Assembly: GCA_003990765.1 (NCBI GenBank)
Contig: RBNJ01000004.1
Location: forward strand, 1-64,000
DNA from: Jimgerdemannia flammicorona
Taxonomy: Eukaryota
Length of the DNA stretch: 64,000 bases
Direction: 5' to 3'
In this document: piece by piece, positions 11,994 to 25,378 of the stretch
How positions within the stretch are numbered: position 1 is the first letter of the stretch
How the letters are laid out: each line of letters opens with the position of its first letter
The notes under the pieces: generated by a model
What the model saw: only the letters and a program-made list of their open reading frames with translations
Databases searched by the model: none
What the model was told of the DNA's origin: nothing
Program-made: the position numbers and the translations under genes

Positions 11994-14203
11994 ATGGAAA
12001 TGCACCCCCCTACATTCTATGGATATACTACTGAAGAGTCAATCCTGACCTTCATTGAAGACTTTGAACAATTTGCCACTGTATGAGCCCTTGGTGTGGA
12101 TGCTCAATTGGCCCTTCTACCAGTCAGCCTCAGAGGACCTGCCAGAGACAAGTTCAATGCAGCCACCATTGCTGATGCTGGTGCAGCCAAACTTGCCAAC
12201 ATGAAGGCCTTCCTCAGAACAACATATTATACTGAAGAGATCAAGCAAGCTCTCAAGGATCAACTCAATACTATCTGCCAGGGACTTAGTAAAGATCCCA
12301 ACTCATTCTATATCCAAATTTGCCACCAGATTGTCTTGGCTGACTATGATGATCGCCTCAAGGAACAAATAGCAGATTCAACCTTCCTCAAAGGAGTTCA
12401 CCCTGAAATTGCCCTAGCAATCTGGTCTACCCCAGCTACACTGACCCTTGATCAGAAAGTGGTCTTTGCACAGAGATATTGGACTGCCAGACACCCTGCT
12501 GAATACTCAATGGAGAAAATAACTGGTATCAAGATGGAGCCATCAAAGCCAACTAGTATCTTACCTACCACAGTTGTAAACAGACAACCAACCCCACCTA
12601 CCCCCAAGACAGCCAAAGCTGACCCAGTGGAAGAACTTGCCAAGCAGTTCACCAAGATGATTGCACATCTTAGTGATGTTGTTAGAGAAGTTCAAAGCAC
12701 CAACAGGAGACCAGTGCAGAGATTTGCAGCTGCTACAGAAGAACACAATAACATCACATGCTTCAGATGTGGAGAAGAAGGCCACTATGCAAAGAATTGC
12801 ATGACCGAAACAAGACGCAAAGCCCAACCAAGCAATGCTAGCAGAACCAGAGAACAAACCAATGCAGTAGTCATTGAGGAGATTGGTGACACTGATGATG
12901 AAGAGTATTATGAAGAGCTCGAATTCTACCCTGCTACTGAAGGTACCAGAACCCAGTCCAAGCCCTATGACAAGAAGAGCAACAGCAAGCCAGTTGGAAG
13001 ACCAAAAAAGACTCCAGCTGTCACTATTCAAAGCAAGACCCAACATGAGGAGATTGATCAAGATATGGAGTTAGACGAGGCCACCCACCAAATCATCGAA
13101 GGTACTACTCTAGTCTCAGGAGAAAGCGAGAGCAAGAAGGAACAGAAGCTGTATAAGACCAAGATCCACCAGTATGACATCTACAAGGACCTCAAGGAAC
13201 AGAAGGTCAATGCCACTTTTGGGCAGCTAGCTGAGATCCCTGCCTTCAGACAGCAGTTGAGAGTAGGACTTGCAACTACTGTCAAGAATCAAGAGTACAA
13301 GATTGTAGAAGCTCACAATGCACAAGAAGAATCTGAGAACTCAGGTGAAGAATCCGAAGACCAGTGCAAGATATCAGCCTATACCCCCTGCCAGATCGAA
13401 GACTGTATCTTTGATGCCATCATTGATACTGGTGCTGGAGGATACCTCATGAGCAAGAAGGCAATTGACCACCTAGGTTGGGATATTGAAGAGTCCACCA
13501 AAATGGTCTATGTCACAGCAGACGGTATACAAGCTACCTCCCTTGGCAAAATCCGAGAAGTCCCCATCAAGATAGGAGGAGCTACCATCTCAGTAGATGT
13601 AATTGTTATAAGCACCACCAACTATGACATCCTCATTAGTAACTAATGGCTTCACAAGGCCAAGGCCATCATTGACCTCAATGCCCAGAAGATGCAGATC
13701 AACTACAGAGGGAGAAAGGTACAAGTTTCTATCAATGTCTACAAAGGAGTCCTGCCAGACATGGAGGAAGGAGATGAAGAAGACACAGAGGTCTTCATGC
13801 ACTTGGTGAACAAGAACAAGAACAAGACACCCAAGCTCACAGATGAGCAGTGGTATAACAAGATCATCGATGGGTATGCCCCTCAAGGAAGATGCCCCCA
13901 TGGTACTAGAATGTACTGCTCCGAACACCTGAATGATTGCTGGTCCTGTATCAGTGAAGTCAGGAAAATCTGCCAACAAAAATATGAGCAAGAAGCTGCC
14001 GAAGCAAAAAGGAAAGCTGAAGAAGATGACCAGCCCCCAGAGCTTCAAGCTGACAGTGATGATGAGGAGGAACAAGAATCAGACATCACCCTCAAGGTCA
14101 AGAAGTTTCACCCTGAAGCCAAGATCCCAGAATACAAGACTGAAGGAGCCATAGAAATGGATCTTGCCAGCATCCAAGATACTACCCTCAAACCACAGAC
14201 CAT
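11994..14203 (+). pseudogene. gag-protease-CPHG module-dUTPase (N-terminal part) of A1
   Basis: Covers ORFs 12096-13646 and 13692-14234, with stops explainable by C>T. CCHC knuckle, DTG protease motif, and KVKKFHPEAKIPEYKTEGAIEMDL (dUTPase motif 1 region). Confidence 0.85.
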
Positions 14204-14716
14204 TCCACTCTTGCCTGGTTATTCCACACTCTGAACCCCAAAGGAATATATACCAGATGGATCTACAGGCTGTAAGAATATAACTGTACTGTCAAGCACT
14301 GCCCAGGTGTAGATAAGATCGTCTTTTAAAATCATTTAGCAGATAAATTAAAGTTTGAAAAAAAATGATTTTTTGAAACATTGTTTTTCTGTTAAAAATA
14401 TATCTCAATTTGTTTAAAAACAATTTTTTTTTTTTTTGTAAAATTTTTACCAAAGGTAGAATTATTATATAAAAAATTATTGGTAAATTTTTTTTTAAAA
14501 GCTATTATGATTTTAAAAGTTATAAACTCTTAAAATCTTGCCTCTAAATATAGGTACAAAACAGTCAAAGAGATAAATAGCTTAGCAGTCATAGTATAGT
14601 TAGATTAGCCTTATACATATGATGTAACTGTGGACTGACTCAGCAATCAGACAATCTCTTAACATGTTAGATTATACTTATATTATGTGACTGCATTCCA
14701 ACTCAGCAAGGCACTA

Positions 14717-17034
14717 TGTAAGTACACAATCTCCAGGCCACCAAAATCGCATATCATCTTCAGAACTAATTTGGAAACCATATATAAGACTACAAAACAA
14801 ATTACTGAAGAGATCATCTGGTTACACAAAATATGTCAGTAAGCATGAGAACCCACCACCAAGATACAAGAATACTAGAAGAAGTACTATAATCATAAGA
14901 CTGACTCTAAACTGCTATAACTAGTTTAGTATACTATACTATTACAAAAAAAAACTAGAAGTACCAAACTTAAATTGAGACAAGAAGAACCCTATCTTAT
15001 CTATCAAAAGGTTCATGAACTGTACTTATCAACTCAAGACCAAGATACCCTGCAACTATATACATAAGATCTCATTACTTAGCAGAAGTAAAATGCATTT
15101 GAATAACTCCATTTGCTCTATCTGTGTTACCTCTATTGGAGAGTAACAGATACTTCATCTGAACTCAAGAAAACCAACATTATTGAAACCAATCTCAAGC
15201 CATCCATATGATAGATATTACTACTAGAAATTGCCTTGAATTACAGAAAATATTATTTCCAAGAGGTTTGAACCCCCAGCTGCAATATTGGGAGCCCTCA
15301 CCCTAGACAAGGATGGTCAGTCCTCACAAATATATCAGAAGACCAAAAAAAAAGAGAACCAAGACCTGTTATCCTTATATGTACAACCACTACCACCAAG
15401 GACAGTCTTAATCTTATAAGAGATAGAAGTGATGATACCTTTGAAACTGATGATATCAGAAGTCAGAAAACTGCTCAGATTTTGCCAGTGATAATGTCAT
15501 CAATAGTGATGTTATCGAAGACTACTCAGATATAAGCTTCCCAGCAAGCATAGTTCTGGTATAGGTGACTACTTTTCAGATATTATCGGGATGGGAGGAG
15601 AGATGGCCATCACAGATAGGAGAAAGAGTGATAATAGTGAACCAGTAAGATACCAGGCTGGGGGTGGTCATCAGGGCTGGGGTGAGTACTGCTTTAGTGG
15701 GGCCTTTTGATTGGTGTGGTGCAGTTAGGTGGTAGGTGTTACTCTTAGCTTCTTTTGGCGGATTGGCGGATTAGGCCTTAGTTATCAGGGGGGGTTGGGG
15801 GGTCTGAGGCTACCCATTTCAGGCATCTTGGCTATACTCAACTGGAACTAAGAGCTGATATGGCAATGTGATTGAGGCCTGCAGGCTTGAGTAGTGGGGT
15901 ATTGGAGGTCTTCTCCCACCTCATGTGTAAGTTCTTTACTCACCTCAACTAGGAGAACCAGGCCCTACCCACCATGTTGTGCTTTGATGAGAGTTTTTCT
16001 TTATCTGTCATTCTCTTTGGGGTGGCAGGGGCTATTCTATTTGGCTCAGGTATGGCCTTATACATATATTGGGTTCTCAGATGTATGCTTTTGATCATTG
16101 GCATATGGTTGGATTTCCCCTGGTAGTAGAGAGAGTATGATATGCAGAATGAGGTGCACGCTGCTATAGACCCTACTGCATCTGATATGGTCAAGCTACT
16201 GGATAATAGCTAGCCTAAGTTAATGGGGGAGCAGTGCTTGATGGGTGGTGGAGGAGGGTTTTGGCCTATATAGTCTAGGTTCTCTTCCAATAAAAATCTG
16301 TGAGACATTGAGTTTATTAAAAAAAAAAGACTACCCAGATAGTATCTAAATCTATAAATAGCTTAGCAGTCATAGTATAGTTAGATTAGCCTTGTATGAT
16401 ATGACTGTAAACTGACTCAGCGGTTAGATGATCTCTTGATATATCAGATCACACTTATACTATGTGACTGCATTCTGACTCAGCAAGGTACTAAGTACTA
16501 TATCCATATCTAGCATAGTTCAGATAGCTCCTCACTAGTATAAATACCCCCTCTCCCAGACCTCAGAATCTCAGACATGAAGACTTGAATAAGCCAAACA
16601 CAACTTCTGAGCACTTCCCCACAATATCCCTTCACACAACTACTCCTAGTATAGCAATATCATGAATAGTGAATAAACCTATTTAATAACCCACAAACCA
16701 CTCTTAAGTAAATCTACTCTCTGTTAGGTCCCACTCCTAACCCTATCATGAAATTTCCTAATTGGGTATTGTCTGCAGTGATATACTAATTCAACTAAGC
16801 TGGTCTTAGTTTCTTAAACTTTCTGAAATATAGAAAATTCTGAACATCCAGAACTAGTCCAAAAAAGGACTTTGGTTGAGACATCAACCTGAACTTGAAA
16901 TCAATAAGTATAGAGGACATACTCCATATGAAATTGATCTGACCTTAAGAAAACAATCTTCCAGAACATCTAGAACTTCCAGAAAACCCTTCCAGAACTA
17001 CATAATGATTACTCTAAAAAGCAACCCTCTTACA
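14717..17034 (+). mobile_element. Solo LTR, family B variant with a replaced U3 cargo
   Basis: Starts TGTAAGTACAC and ends CTCTTACA. Flanked by ACTA (14713-14716 and 17035-17038). About 14790-15480 is unrelated to the ORF found in other B LTRs. Confidence 0.75.
15533..16328 (+). mobile_element. 5'-truncated LINE (3' end with poly(A))
   Basis: G-rich segment with AATAAA at about 16289 and an A-tail to 16328. TSD GACTACYCAGATA at 15520-15532 and 16329-16341. Confidence 0.75.
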
Positions 17035-17579
17035 ACTAAGTGCTATATCTATATCTAGCATAGTCCAGATAGCCTCTCACTAATATAAATACCCCCTCTC
17101 CCAGACCTCAGAATTATAGACTTGAATACTTGAACAATCTGAATACAACTCCTGAGTACTTCCCCACAATATCTCTTCACATAACTACTCTTAGTATAGC
17201 AATATCATAAATAGAGAATAAACCTATTTAATAACCCACAAACTACTCTTAAGTAAATCTGTTCCCTATTAGATCCCACTCCTAACCCTGTTACAAAATT
17301 TCCTAATTGGGTATTGTCTGCAGCAATACACCAATTCAACTAAGCTGGTCTTAGTTTCTCAAACTTCCTGAAATACAGAAAATCCTGAACATCTAGAACT
17401 AGTCTAAAAAAGGACTTGGTTGAGACATCAACCTGATCTTGAAATCAATAAGTGTAGAGGACATACTCTATACAAAATTGATCTTGACCATAAGAAAAGA
17501 ATCTTCCAGAATATCTAGAACTTCCAGAAAACTCTTCCAGAACTACATAATGGTTACTCTAAAAAGCAACCCTCTTACA

Positions 17580-20500
17580 GGAGCTATACCACTTAAGAAA
17601 TACATATACCACATATTGCTACTTGAAATTGAAGTAATTAAGAAGGAACTAGAAGAACTACTTATATGAGGAGCCATCTAGCCAAGCAAATCTCCTTAAG
17701 GCTCACCAGTCTTATTCATCAAGAAGAAGAATAGTATCCTGTAAATATATATAGACTATTATGCACTTAACAAACTCACTGTTAAGAACTACTATCTATT
17801 ACCTTTGATTGATTAAATCTTTGATGCTCTCAAGAATATCAAGTACTTCACTAAGTTAGACCTCATGTCAGGATACCACCAGATCTGAATCAAGCTAGAA
17901 GATATTTCCAAGACTGCATTCATAACCCCCTTTGGACTCTATGAATTCCTGGTCTTAGTATTTGGTCTCACCAATGTACCTACCACATTCTAGACTCTGA
18001 TAAACAAGATATTCAAGAACCAACTATTTATTTTCCTGTTAGTATATCTTGATGACATTCTGATCTTTAGTGTAACTAAAGAAGAACATCTCAAATACAT
18101 TCAAATAGTTCTGAAGATTCTATAAAAACATAAGCTTTATACCAAGCTTAAGAAGTATAAATTCTTTAAGGAATAAGTTGAATATCTTAGCCACATTGTC
18201 TCTACACAAGGAATTCAAGTAGACCTACACAAGATAGAAACAATTAAAGAATAGCTCATTCTGTCAAATCTCACAGAACTCTGATCCTTCCTTGGTCTAG
18301 CTGACTATTACCACTACTTTGTCAGAAACTTCTCTAGTATTGCTGAGCCACTGACTAATCTCATGAGGAAGGCCCTGCACTCAGACCACTATGTACCCTA
18401 TACCTGGGACCTCTTCTGCCAACAAGCCTTTTAAGAACTCAAGAACTGCCTGACCTATGCTTCAGTTCTGCATAATGCAGATTAAGGCCTAAAATTCACA
18501 ATTACTACTAATGTGTTGAATTTTGCTATTGGTGCAGTCCTGTCATAAGATGATGACAAAGGACATTACTCTATTACTTTTGAGTCCTGCAAGCTGGCCC
18601 CAGCTGAACAAAAGCTAGCTACTCATGAGAAGGAACTACTATCAATAATATGTGTACTAGACTATAGTGATACTATCTAGAAGGTGTTGAGTTTGATATT
18701 ATTACTGATCATCAATCTCTCAAGTACATCAACACCCAACCTACTCTATTACATCTACAAGCCAAGTAGAGTCTCAAGCTTTAAACCTTCAACCCAACAA
18801 TCATCTATAAGCCTAGTAAGACACTTATAGTACCAGATGCCTTATCAAGATACCCAGACCTCACCACAATCATGTAAGTCACCTTGGTATCAGAATTCCT
18901 AAACTAAATCAGGTAAGCTTATAAAGAAGACATAGTTGCCACTAGAGTTTTCTTGAATGAGCTCAAGGATACATATACTGTTGAGAACATCTGATCTATT
19001 ATCAAGACCAAGTCTACCTACCTGAAAACATGAACCTATGCTATAAGGTTTTGCAAGAACACCATGACTCCTCTCTTGTCAGTCACCTAGGAATTGAGAA
19101 GACTGTCAAGAACATCCAATACCACTACTATTGGTCAAATATGGTCAAGAAAATCAAGAACTATGTTGCCAGCTATAATCTATGTTAGTATAATAAGTCT
19201 ATCAACCAAGTATCTGCTAGTTTGCTATAACCACTGCCAATTCCTACTAAGAAGTTTGAGTAAGTTACCATGGACTTTGTAACTCAACTATCATGAACTC
19301 AATCTGGTGCTAATGCTATCATCATATTTATTAACCACCTGACCAAGACTATGGTTGCTGAACCAATCACTATCAATGCTATTATACCCGAGATTACAAG
19401 AATCTTCTTCAAGTCTATCTTCTATCACTATAATCTACCATGAGTAATTGTTATTAATCATGACTCCAAGTTCACCAGTCACTTCTGGCAAACTCTCTTC
19501 AAGACTCTAGAAACCCAATTAGCTATGTCTACTATCTTTCACCCACAAACTGATGGACAAACTGAGCACATGAATAGAACTCTAGAACAAATACTTAGAA
19601 ACTATATTTCTTATGAGCAAGATGATTGGGACATCTATCTAACTTATATGGAGTTTGTATATAACAATACTGTCCAATCATCTACTGATCTTTTCCCTTT
19701 CTAGTTACTCTATGGTCAAGATCCCGAGACCCCTGCAAGTCTATTTTCTTTCAAGAAAACTAGTCAAATACAAGTCACAACTACCAAGAACCTTATAGAC
19801 AAAATGGACGAACTACTCAAGATTGCTACTATGAATCTTCAGAAGGCTCAATAGCATTAAACTAAGTATGCTGACAAGAAATACTGTGATATCACTTACA
19901 CTGTTAGAGATCAAGTCCTACTGTCTACCAAGAACCTCAAGATACAATCTCAAGTCAACTACCCTTTGAACAAGTTCCAATCTAAGTATATTAGACCTTT
20001 TGAGATTACCAAACAGATCTCTATATTCTCCTATCATCTCAAGCTACCTGAAATCATAAGAGTATATCTAGTCTTTCATATGTCACACCTCAAGACCTGG
20101 AACTAGTTATCACCCTACCCTGGTCAAATTCCTAAGCCTTCCACCTCTATGATTATCAAAGACCATATTGAGTATAAAGCTGAGAAAATCCTTGACAAAT
20201 AAATCTGCTACTGCTGTTCTAAATACCTAGTCAAGTGGATGGGTTATTCTGAATATAATGCTATCTGAGAACTACTGGTCAACCTCAAGAACTCTCAAGA
20301 TCTAGTCCAAGACTTCAAGGTAAAATATATTGTTCAATTCCTATAGTAACTTCCTTAGATTATTGATGACCTATAGCAATAATCAGTACCTTATATATTG
20401 GAAGTTTACTTTGGGACCCCAGAACTAGCAGAACATTTAATGAACAAGAAGTCTACTGAAATGAAGCTACTAGCTGGGTTTGAACCCCTCTCAGTTAGTT

Positions 20501-21111
20501 AGTCTGATAATAGGCTCTTTACTCTATATAAGGATGGCCAATTCCTGCCAATGTACCAATTCAAGTTTGAGAAATTTTGGTTAAGTATATCTAGTCTAGT
20601 GTTACCTAAGAACTCAAAAAGAATATTGATTCTTAAGGAGAGAGAGATGTAATAATTTCACAGTCATATTTAGTCTTAGTATATTTTCATGTCTTTTAGT
20701 TAGTCTTTTCTTATCATTTCTTGAACATTCTACTATGTTCTGTCACCTTCTACTTGCTTAAAAATCTTCTCTCAGTATCCAGACACTACTAGAACATTCT
20801 TGTCTTTCCTTGATACTAAGTATCTTATCTTAGCAAGTTATGGAATCTTTTGGAACATTGTAGAATAGTATTAGTCAGCTTTGCTGAGAACCTATTTTTT
20901 GGTATTTCTCTTTCTTTTTAAGATCCTTCTGGATATTTCTTTCAGATCATGTATAAATATCCTTATTCTCTATCTAAATAAAGCTCAGAATATTTTCTCC
21001 CAGAAATCCTTCAAGAATACTTAAATCTTTAAGTATCTCTTTGAGCTACTTTAGACCAACTAGAACTTTTAGATTTAGCCACTTTCTCTTAAAGAAATGA
21101 GAACTATTACA
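17580..21111 (+). mobile_element. Chromovirus-type Ty3/Gypsy element D: RT-RNase H-integrase-chromodomain, PPT and 3' LTR
   Basis: RT YLDD at about 18044, FHPQTDGQTE integrase motif, chromodomain KYLVKWMGY (about 20170-20320), PPT AAGGAGAGAGAGA at 20635-20647. Many transition-derived stops. Confidence 0.88.
20648..21111 (+). repeat. 3' LTR of element D (464 bp)
   Basis: TGTAATA...TATTACA inverted ends directly after the PPT; contains TATAAAT and AATAAA. Confidence 0.82.
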
Positions 21112-23307
21112 CAGCTAGACAGAATTGATAGAGAGAGGGAGATAGTTGGTAGGAGTGAGGAGTTGGATAACTAAGAGAAGATTAAGAGACTGGGCTCACT
21201 AATAGATACTGAGCATCTTGGATGAAGAGATTACAGAATTTATACTCATTAAGTAACAGAGCTGAGCTCAAGGATTGATTGGATCTTAATTGCTGAGTGC
21301 TGGAGAGTAGATATCTGGAGTTCTTTGAGACAGTATAGTATCTATAGTCAGATTACTGAGGTTTGTTAGGCTGTGGGAGGTTTGGGAGGAGTGGAGAGGG
21401 GCCTGGACATTGATATCTGAATACTTTATTACTGAAGAAATCTTCTTGTGGAATGCATGGGTAGTGGATATTAGCTTCAGGATTTTGAGCTAGAGGGCAC
21501 AGAGGCTGGAGATTGGGGATCATTGATGGTGTTTGAAATTGAATACCTAGCAGTTCTAGAGAGAGACAGAAAGAGAGAGGGGGGGGGCTCAGAAGAGAAA
21601 ATATCTATGGTGGACTTCCCAAAGATTGGAGAAGCTATTGGAGAAGTGGGTGGAAGTACTGAATAATAGAGAGAAGAGAGATTAGAGGGTTCAGTGGGTT
21701 TAGCTAGAGGTGAAGGAACTGAAGAAGCTGCTTAGATAGAAAAAAGAATTGCAGACTAAGAATATAGTGGCCTAGCTGAGATAGCAGGGCTTAGAGGAGA
21801 GAGAGAAGCCTATGAAGTTTTTATCAAGACTGCTTCAGGTGAGGAGGGCAAGGCAGTGGTGGGAGGGGATATTGGATGAGGTAGAAAAGATAGTGGTTGG
21901 AACTCTAGAGATCTTGGCCCAGTTGAGATCTAGGTAGAGATGATTGTAGAGTGAGGAGAAGGGGGGGGGAAATGTATTGGATATTGAAAGACATCTAGAG
22001 GATTGGTACTTAGACCTAGCAGAGAGCTTAAGTGAACTTAGAGTACCTGTCTGAGGAGAGGAGGTCTGTCAGATATTGGTGATAATGAGCTTTAAGACAG
22101 CTCCAGGAGAGGATAGTCTATCTTGGGATTTCTGAAAGAAGTTGGTAGAAGTGAATGTGGCTCTGGAGGAGATAACATAGATATATAATGAGATTATTAG
22201 CATAGAGATCTGGATTAGAGAGCAGCACTTGGGTCTTATAGCTCTGTTATATAAGAATAAGGAGAGAAGGGAGAATTAGAAGAACTAGAGACCAATTATA
22301 CTTCTAGATATAGATCACAAGTTGGTTATAAAGATTCTGGTGGCTAGATTATAAGGAATAGTATAGCATATATTGGAGACAGAGCAGTAGGGCTTTATTG
22401 GGGATCATTTGATCAGAAATGAGATAGTGTGGATATACAGTATTATTGAAGGAGTCTATACTATCAGAGTTGATGGTTGGCTAGTATTTCTGGACCAAGA
22501 GAAGGGTCCAACAAGTGTAGCTGGAGAGGGTGCTGAAGTGTATGGGGATTCTCCAAGGGTTTAGATATTTTTTATCAGCCTATTGGAGTCAGATAGCTAT
22601 TACAGCAAATAGGTACAGAGGAGAGTCTTTTCCCCTGAGCAGAGGAGTACTGCAGGGAGACCTAATGTCTCCAATCCTTTATGCCCTCTCTCTGGAGCCT
22701 TTATTATATAGGATTAGGTGCAAGGTGGGGGGGGCTGAATATTTTGAGAATTAACTAAAAGGTGGGGACCTTTGCTGATAATATAGTAATAGAGCTAGAC
22801 TTAGTGAAGAATGTAGTAGTACTGAAGGGTGTAGTAGAATAGTATGAGGGATGCTCAGATATTAAACTTAACTAGCATAAATATAAGACTTTGGTATTAG
22901 GTAGAGAAATAATAGAAGAGGATATGATTGGAACAGTTGTCCTAGCAGGAGAGACAGTATAGTATCTAGGGATCTGCTTTTCAGTATATAGTTCTCTATT
23001 ATCTTGAGAATGGTAGAAGTGGTAGCTGGTTGATTAGAACAGCTCTCTTCTAGAATGAAGCAGCCAATATATCTCTCTGGCTGATAGAGTAATAGTATTG
23101 AATAAATATTGGCTATCTAAGTTATAGTATCTGAGATATTACTTGGACTTCTTAGCATAAGCAGTCAAGAGACTGTTAAAGATGGCCAGGTTGTAGATCT
23201 GAGTAGAGTAGCAGAGTTAGATTGGATAGAAGGTATTGATATTGCTGGTAGACCAGAGAGAGCTAAGTCTAGTAGACTTTATCAGGTACCTATACTGCTT
23301 GAGGGCA
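21112..23307 (+). mobile_element. Degraded LINE ORF2 fragment (end of APE endonuclease plus RT), same family as 52056-57927
   Basis: Collinear with the minus-strand LINE ORF2: WILIAECW, FLDQEK, GVLQGDLMSPILYALSLEPL, FADN, LVDF..LYCLR. Confidence 0.85.
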
Positions 23308-25378
23308 TTCCTAGCCAGACTGTTTCTCATCTTGAGAATTCCAACATAATTCTTTAGAATAGTCATCTCCAGACTAGTTATAAGTAGGCTAGTTATCTGA
23401 AGCTCCAATATAGTTTCTCCTACTGTAGTAATATCCATTCTAGCTATATTCTCTAACTTGTATTCTGGTAGAACTGTATCAGAGTAGATCCTTCAAATAT
23501 TAACCTTGATTTCTTCTTCATTATTACTATCTTTCAGAAGGGCTGGCAGTTTGTCATTCTCTTCCTTCTCCTTCTCTTCTCTTGTCTGCTTTTTGAGAGT
23601 CTTCTGTTTTCTTTTTTGGTAGATATTTCTAATACTAATACTACATTGGTAGTAGTCATTGATGTGCTCACTATAGTATATCTTGATTCCATAGGAGCAG
23701 ACTCCTTATAGTACATATCCTTCTACAATCTTCTTGCACCAGTCTTCTTTACTGATCCATCTGACTTTCTTTTTCTTTTTCTGAGTAGTCACTATATAGG
23801 CTTCTTCTTACTCACTTTTTTCTTCCTCTATCTCAGGCAGTACCCCTTTATTGACATTAATGGGAATTTACATCTTCTGGATATTTAGATTGATTATTGC
23901 CTTAGCTTTATGAAGTCACTGGTTGCTGATAAGAATGTTATAGTTAGTGGTATTGGTCATGATCACATCTACTAGAATAGTTACTTTTCCAAACTTGATA
24001 GAAATATCTTGGATCTTTTCTAGAGGTGTGGCTCTTGTGCTATCTGCTGTAACAAATACCAATTTAGTTACTTCTTCAACTTTCCAATCTAGGTAGTCTG
24101 CTGCTTTCTTACTGAGGAGATATCTTCCTACTCCTATGTCAATGATAGCTTCAAAGATTCTATCATCAATCTAATAGATTGTATAGACAGAGGTCTTGCA
24201 AATGTCTTTGCTTTTTTCTTCTGAGTCTTCTTAAATATTATTGGCCTTAGTTATCTTTCAACCTTACTCCTTAGTTGTCTCAGTAAGTCTATATCTCATT
24301 TGCTGTCTGAATATGAGTATTTCTATCAGCTGGCCAAAGATTTCATTGATCTTTTGTTGACTGAGATCTTTGAAGATATCATACTTAAAGGTCTTGGTTT
24401 TATAAAGCTTCTTCTTCTTTTCTCCTTTACTAGCTAGAGTGGTTCCTCAAATAATATCTTGAATAGTCTATTTTAGCTCTATATCTTGATCTATTTCTTC
24501 ACCTTGACTTTCCATAGCAGTCTCTATCTGTTTTTTCACAGGGTTCTTCTTAAGTCTTTCTGGTAGTCTCTTATAGAGTTGCTTGCAGATATCTTTCTTA
24601 ATAGTCTCAACAGAGTAGGCTTCTCATTCTTTTCATCTAATTCTCCAATCTCTTCAAAGGTGATGATATTGACCTGTTTCTTATTTCAAGTAATATTGCT
24701 TGACTGGATCTTATGCTTGGTTTCACTCATACATTCATATCAGTAGTGGCCTTCTTCTCCACATATATAGCAGATGTCTCTTTTCTTATCTGAGATAGTA
24801 GCAAACTTCTAAACTGAGCAGCAATTTCTTTCTCTAATTTCTTTTATCATATCTTCTAGGTAGGCTGTCATTTTAGTGAACTTCTTGACAAGTTTCATTA
24901 TAGGGTCACTATTCCTCTACTGCTCAGTAGCTCTTGGCTGAGGTTTGTTTCAATTGATTACTATAATAGAGATCACACTAGTTGCCTTGGGTGCTTTGAT
25001 TCTAACTCTAGTAACTCTTTCTATTATATAGTCTTGTAGGTGTCTGGCTGTCCAATATTACTGGGTATAGGTGACTTTTTGTGATAGATTCAGAACTATT
25101 AATGATAAGCAGATAGCTAGAGCTACCTCTGGATAAACTCTTTTTATAAAGGTTACCTCAGCTACTTGGTCTCAGATCATGGTAGTATAATCTGTAAAGA
25201 TTATCTAATATCAGATTCTAGTATTGAATATATTTGAATCCTCACTCATTCCTTGGTAAGTTATATTGAGCTAATCCTTTAGGGTTTGCTTAATCTTATC
25301 TGTATAGTAGGTAGCTTGGAGCCAGGTCTTCTGTACTACTAGTACTACATTGTCATCATTTCTCATATAGATTGTAGC
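23308..25378 (-). mobile_element. Ty3/Gypsy fragment E (A/C-like): gag, knuckle, protease, CPHG module, dUTPase start
   Basis: Minus-strand translation gives CYICGEEGHY, FEAIIDIGVG, KIVEGYVL.GVCSYGIKIYYSEH and IKVNI...NIARMDI. Cut at 25378 by the B1 insertion. Confidence 0.82.

Larger units (their letters stand above)
10403..14310 (+). mobile_element. Ty3/Gypsy LTR retrotransposon A1 (5' LTR, PBS, gag-protease-dUTPase; internally deleted and 3'-truncated)
   Basis: LTR TGTAAC...GTGACA, then ACT and PBS TGGTGCCCATTGGCTGG. Gag carries the knuckle CFRCGEEGHYAKNC, protease IIDTGAG and the dUTPase start. The sequence then jumps to the RNase H end (TDHSTLAWL...RWIYRL). Confidence 0.9.
14573..17579 (+). 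repeat. 3' part of a family B LTR (outer), split by an inner solo LTR
   Basis: 14573-14716 and 17035-17579 join into one contiguous B-LTR segment (CAGCAAGGC-ACTA-AGTGC) ending CTCTTACA at 17579. Confidence 0.75.

Noticed and set aside
14540-14576. piggyBac-like terminus (CAGTCAAAGAG-ATAA)
   Set aside because: No TTAA, no partner end and no transposase remnant visible.
16490-17579. Apparent 545 bp tandem duplication
   Set aside because: Explained by a solo LTR inserted into a related LTR, with an ACTA duplication at 14713 and 17035.
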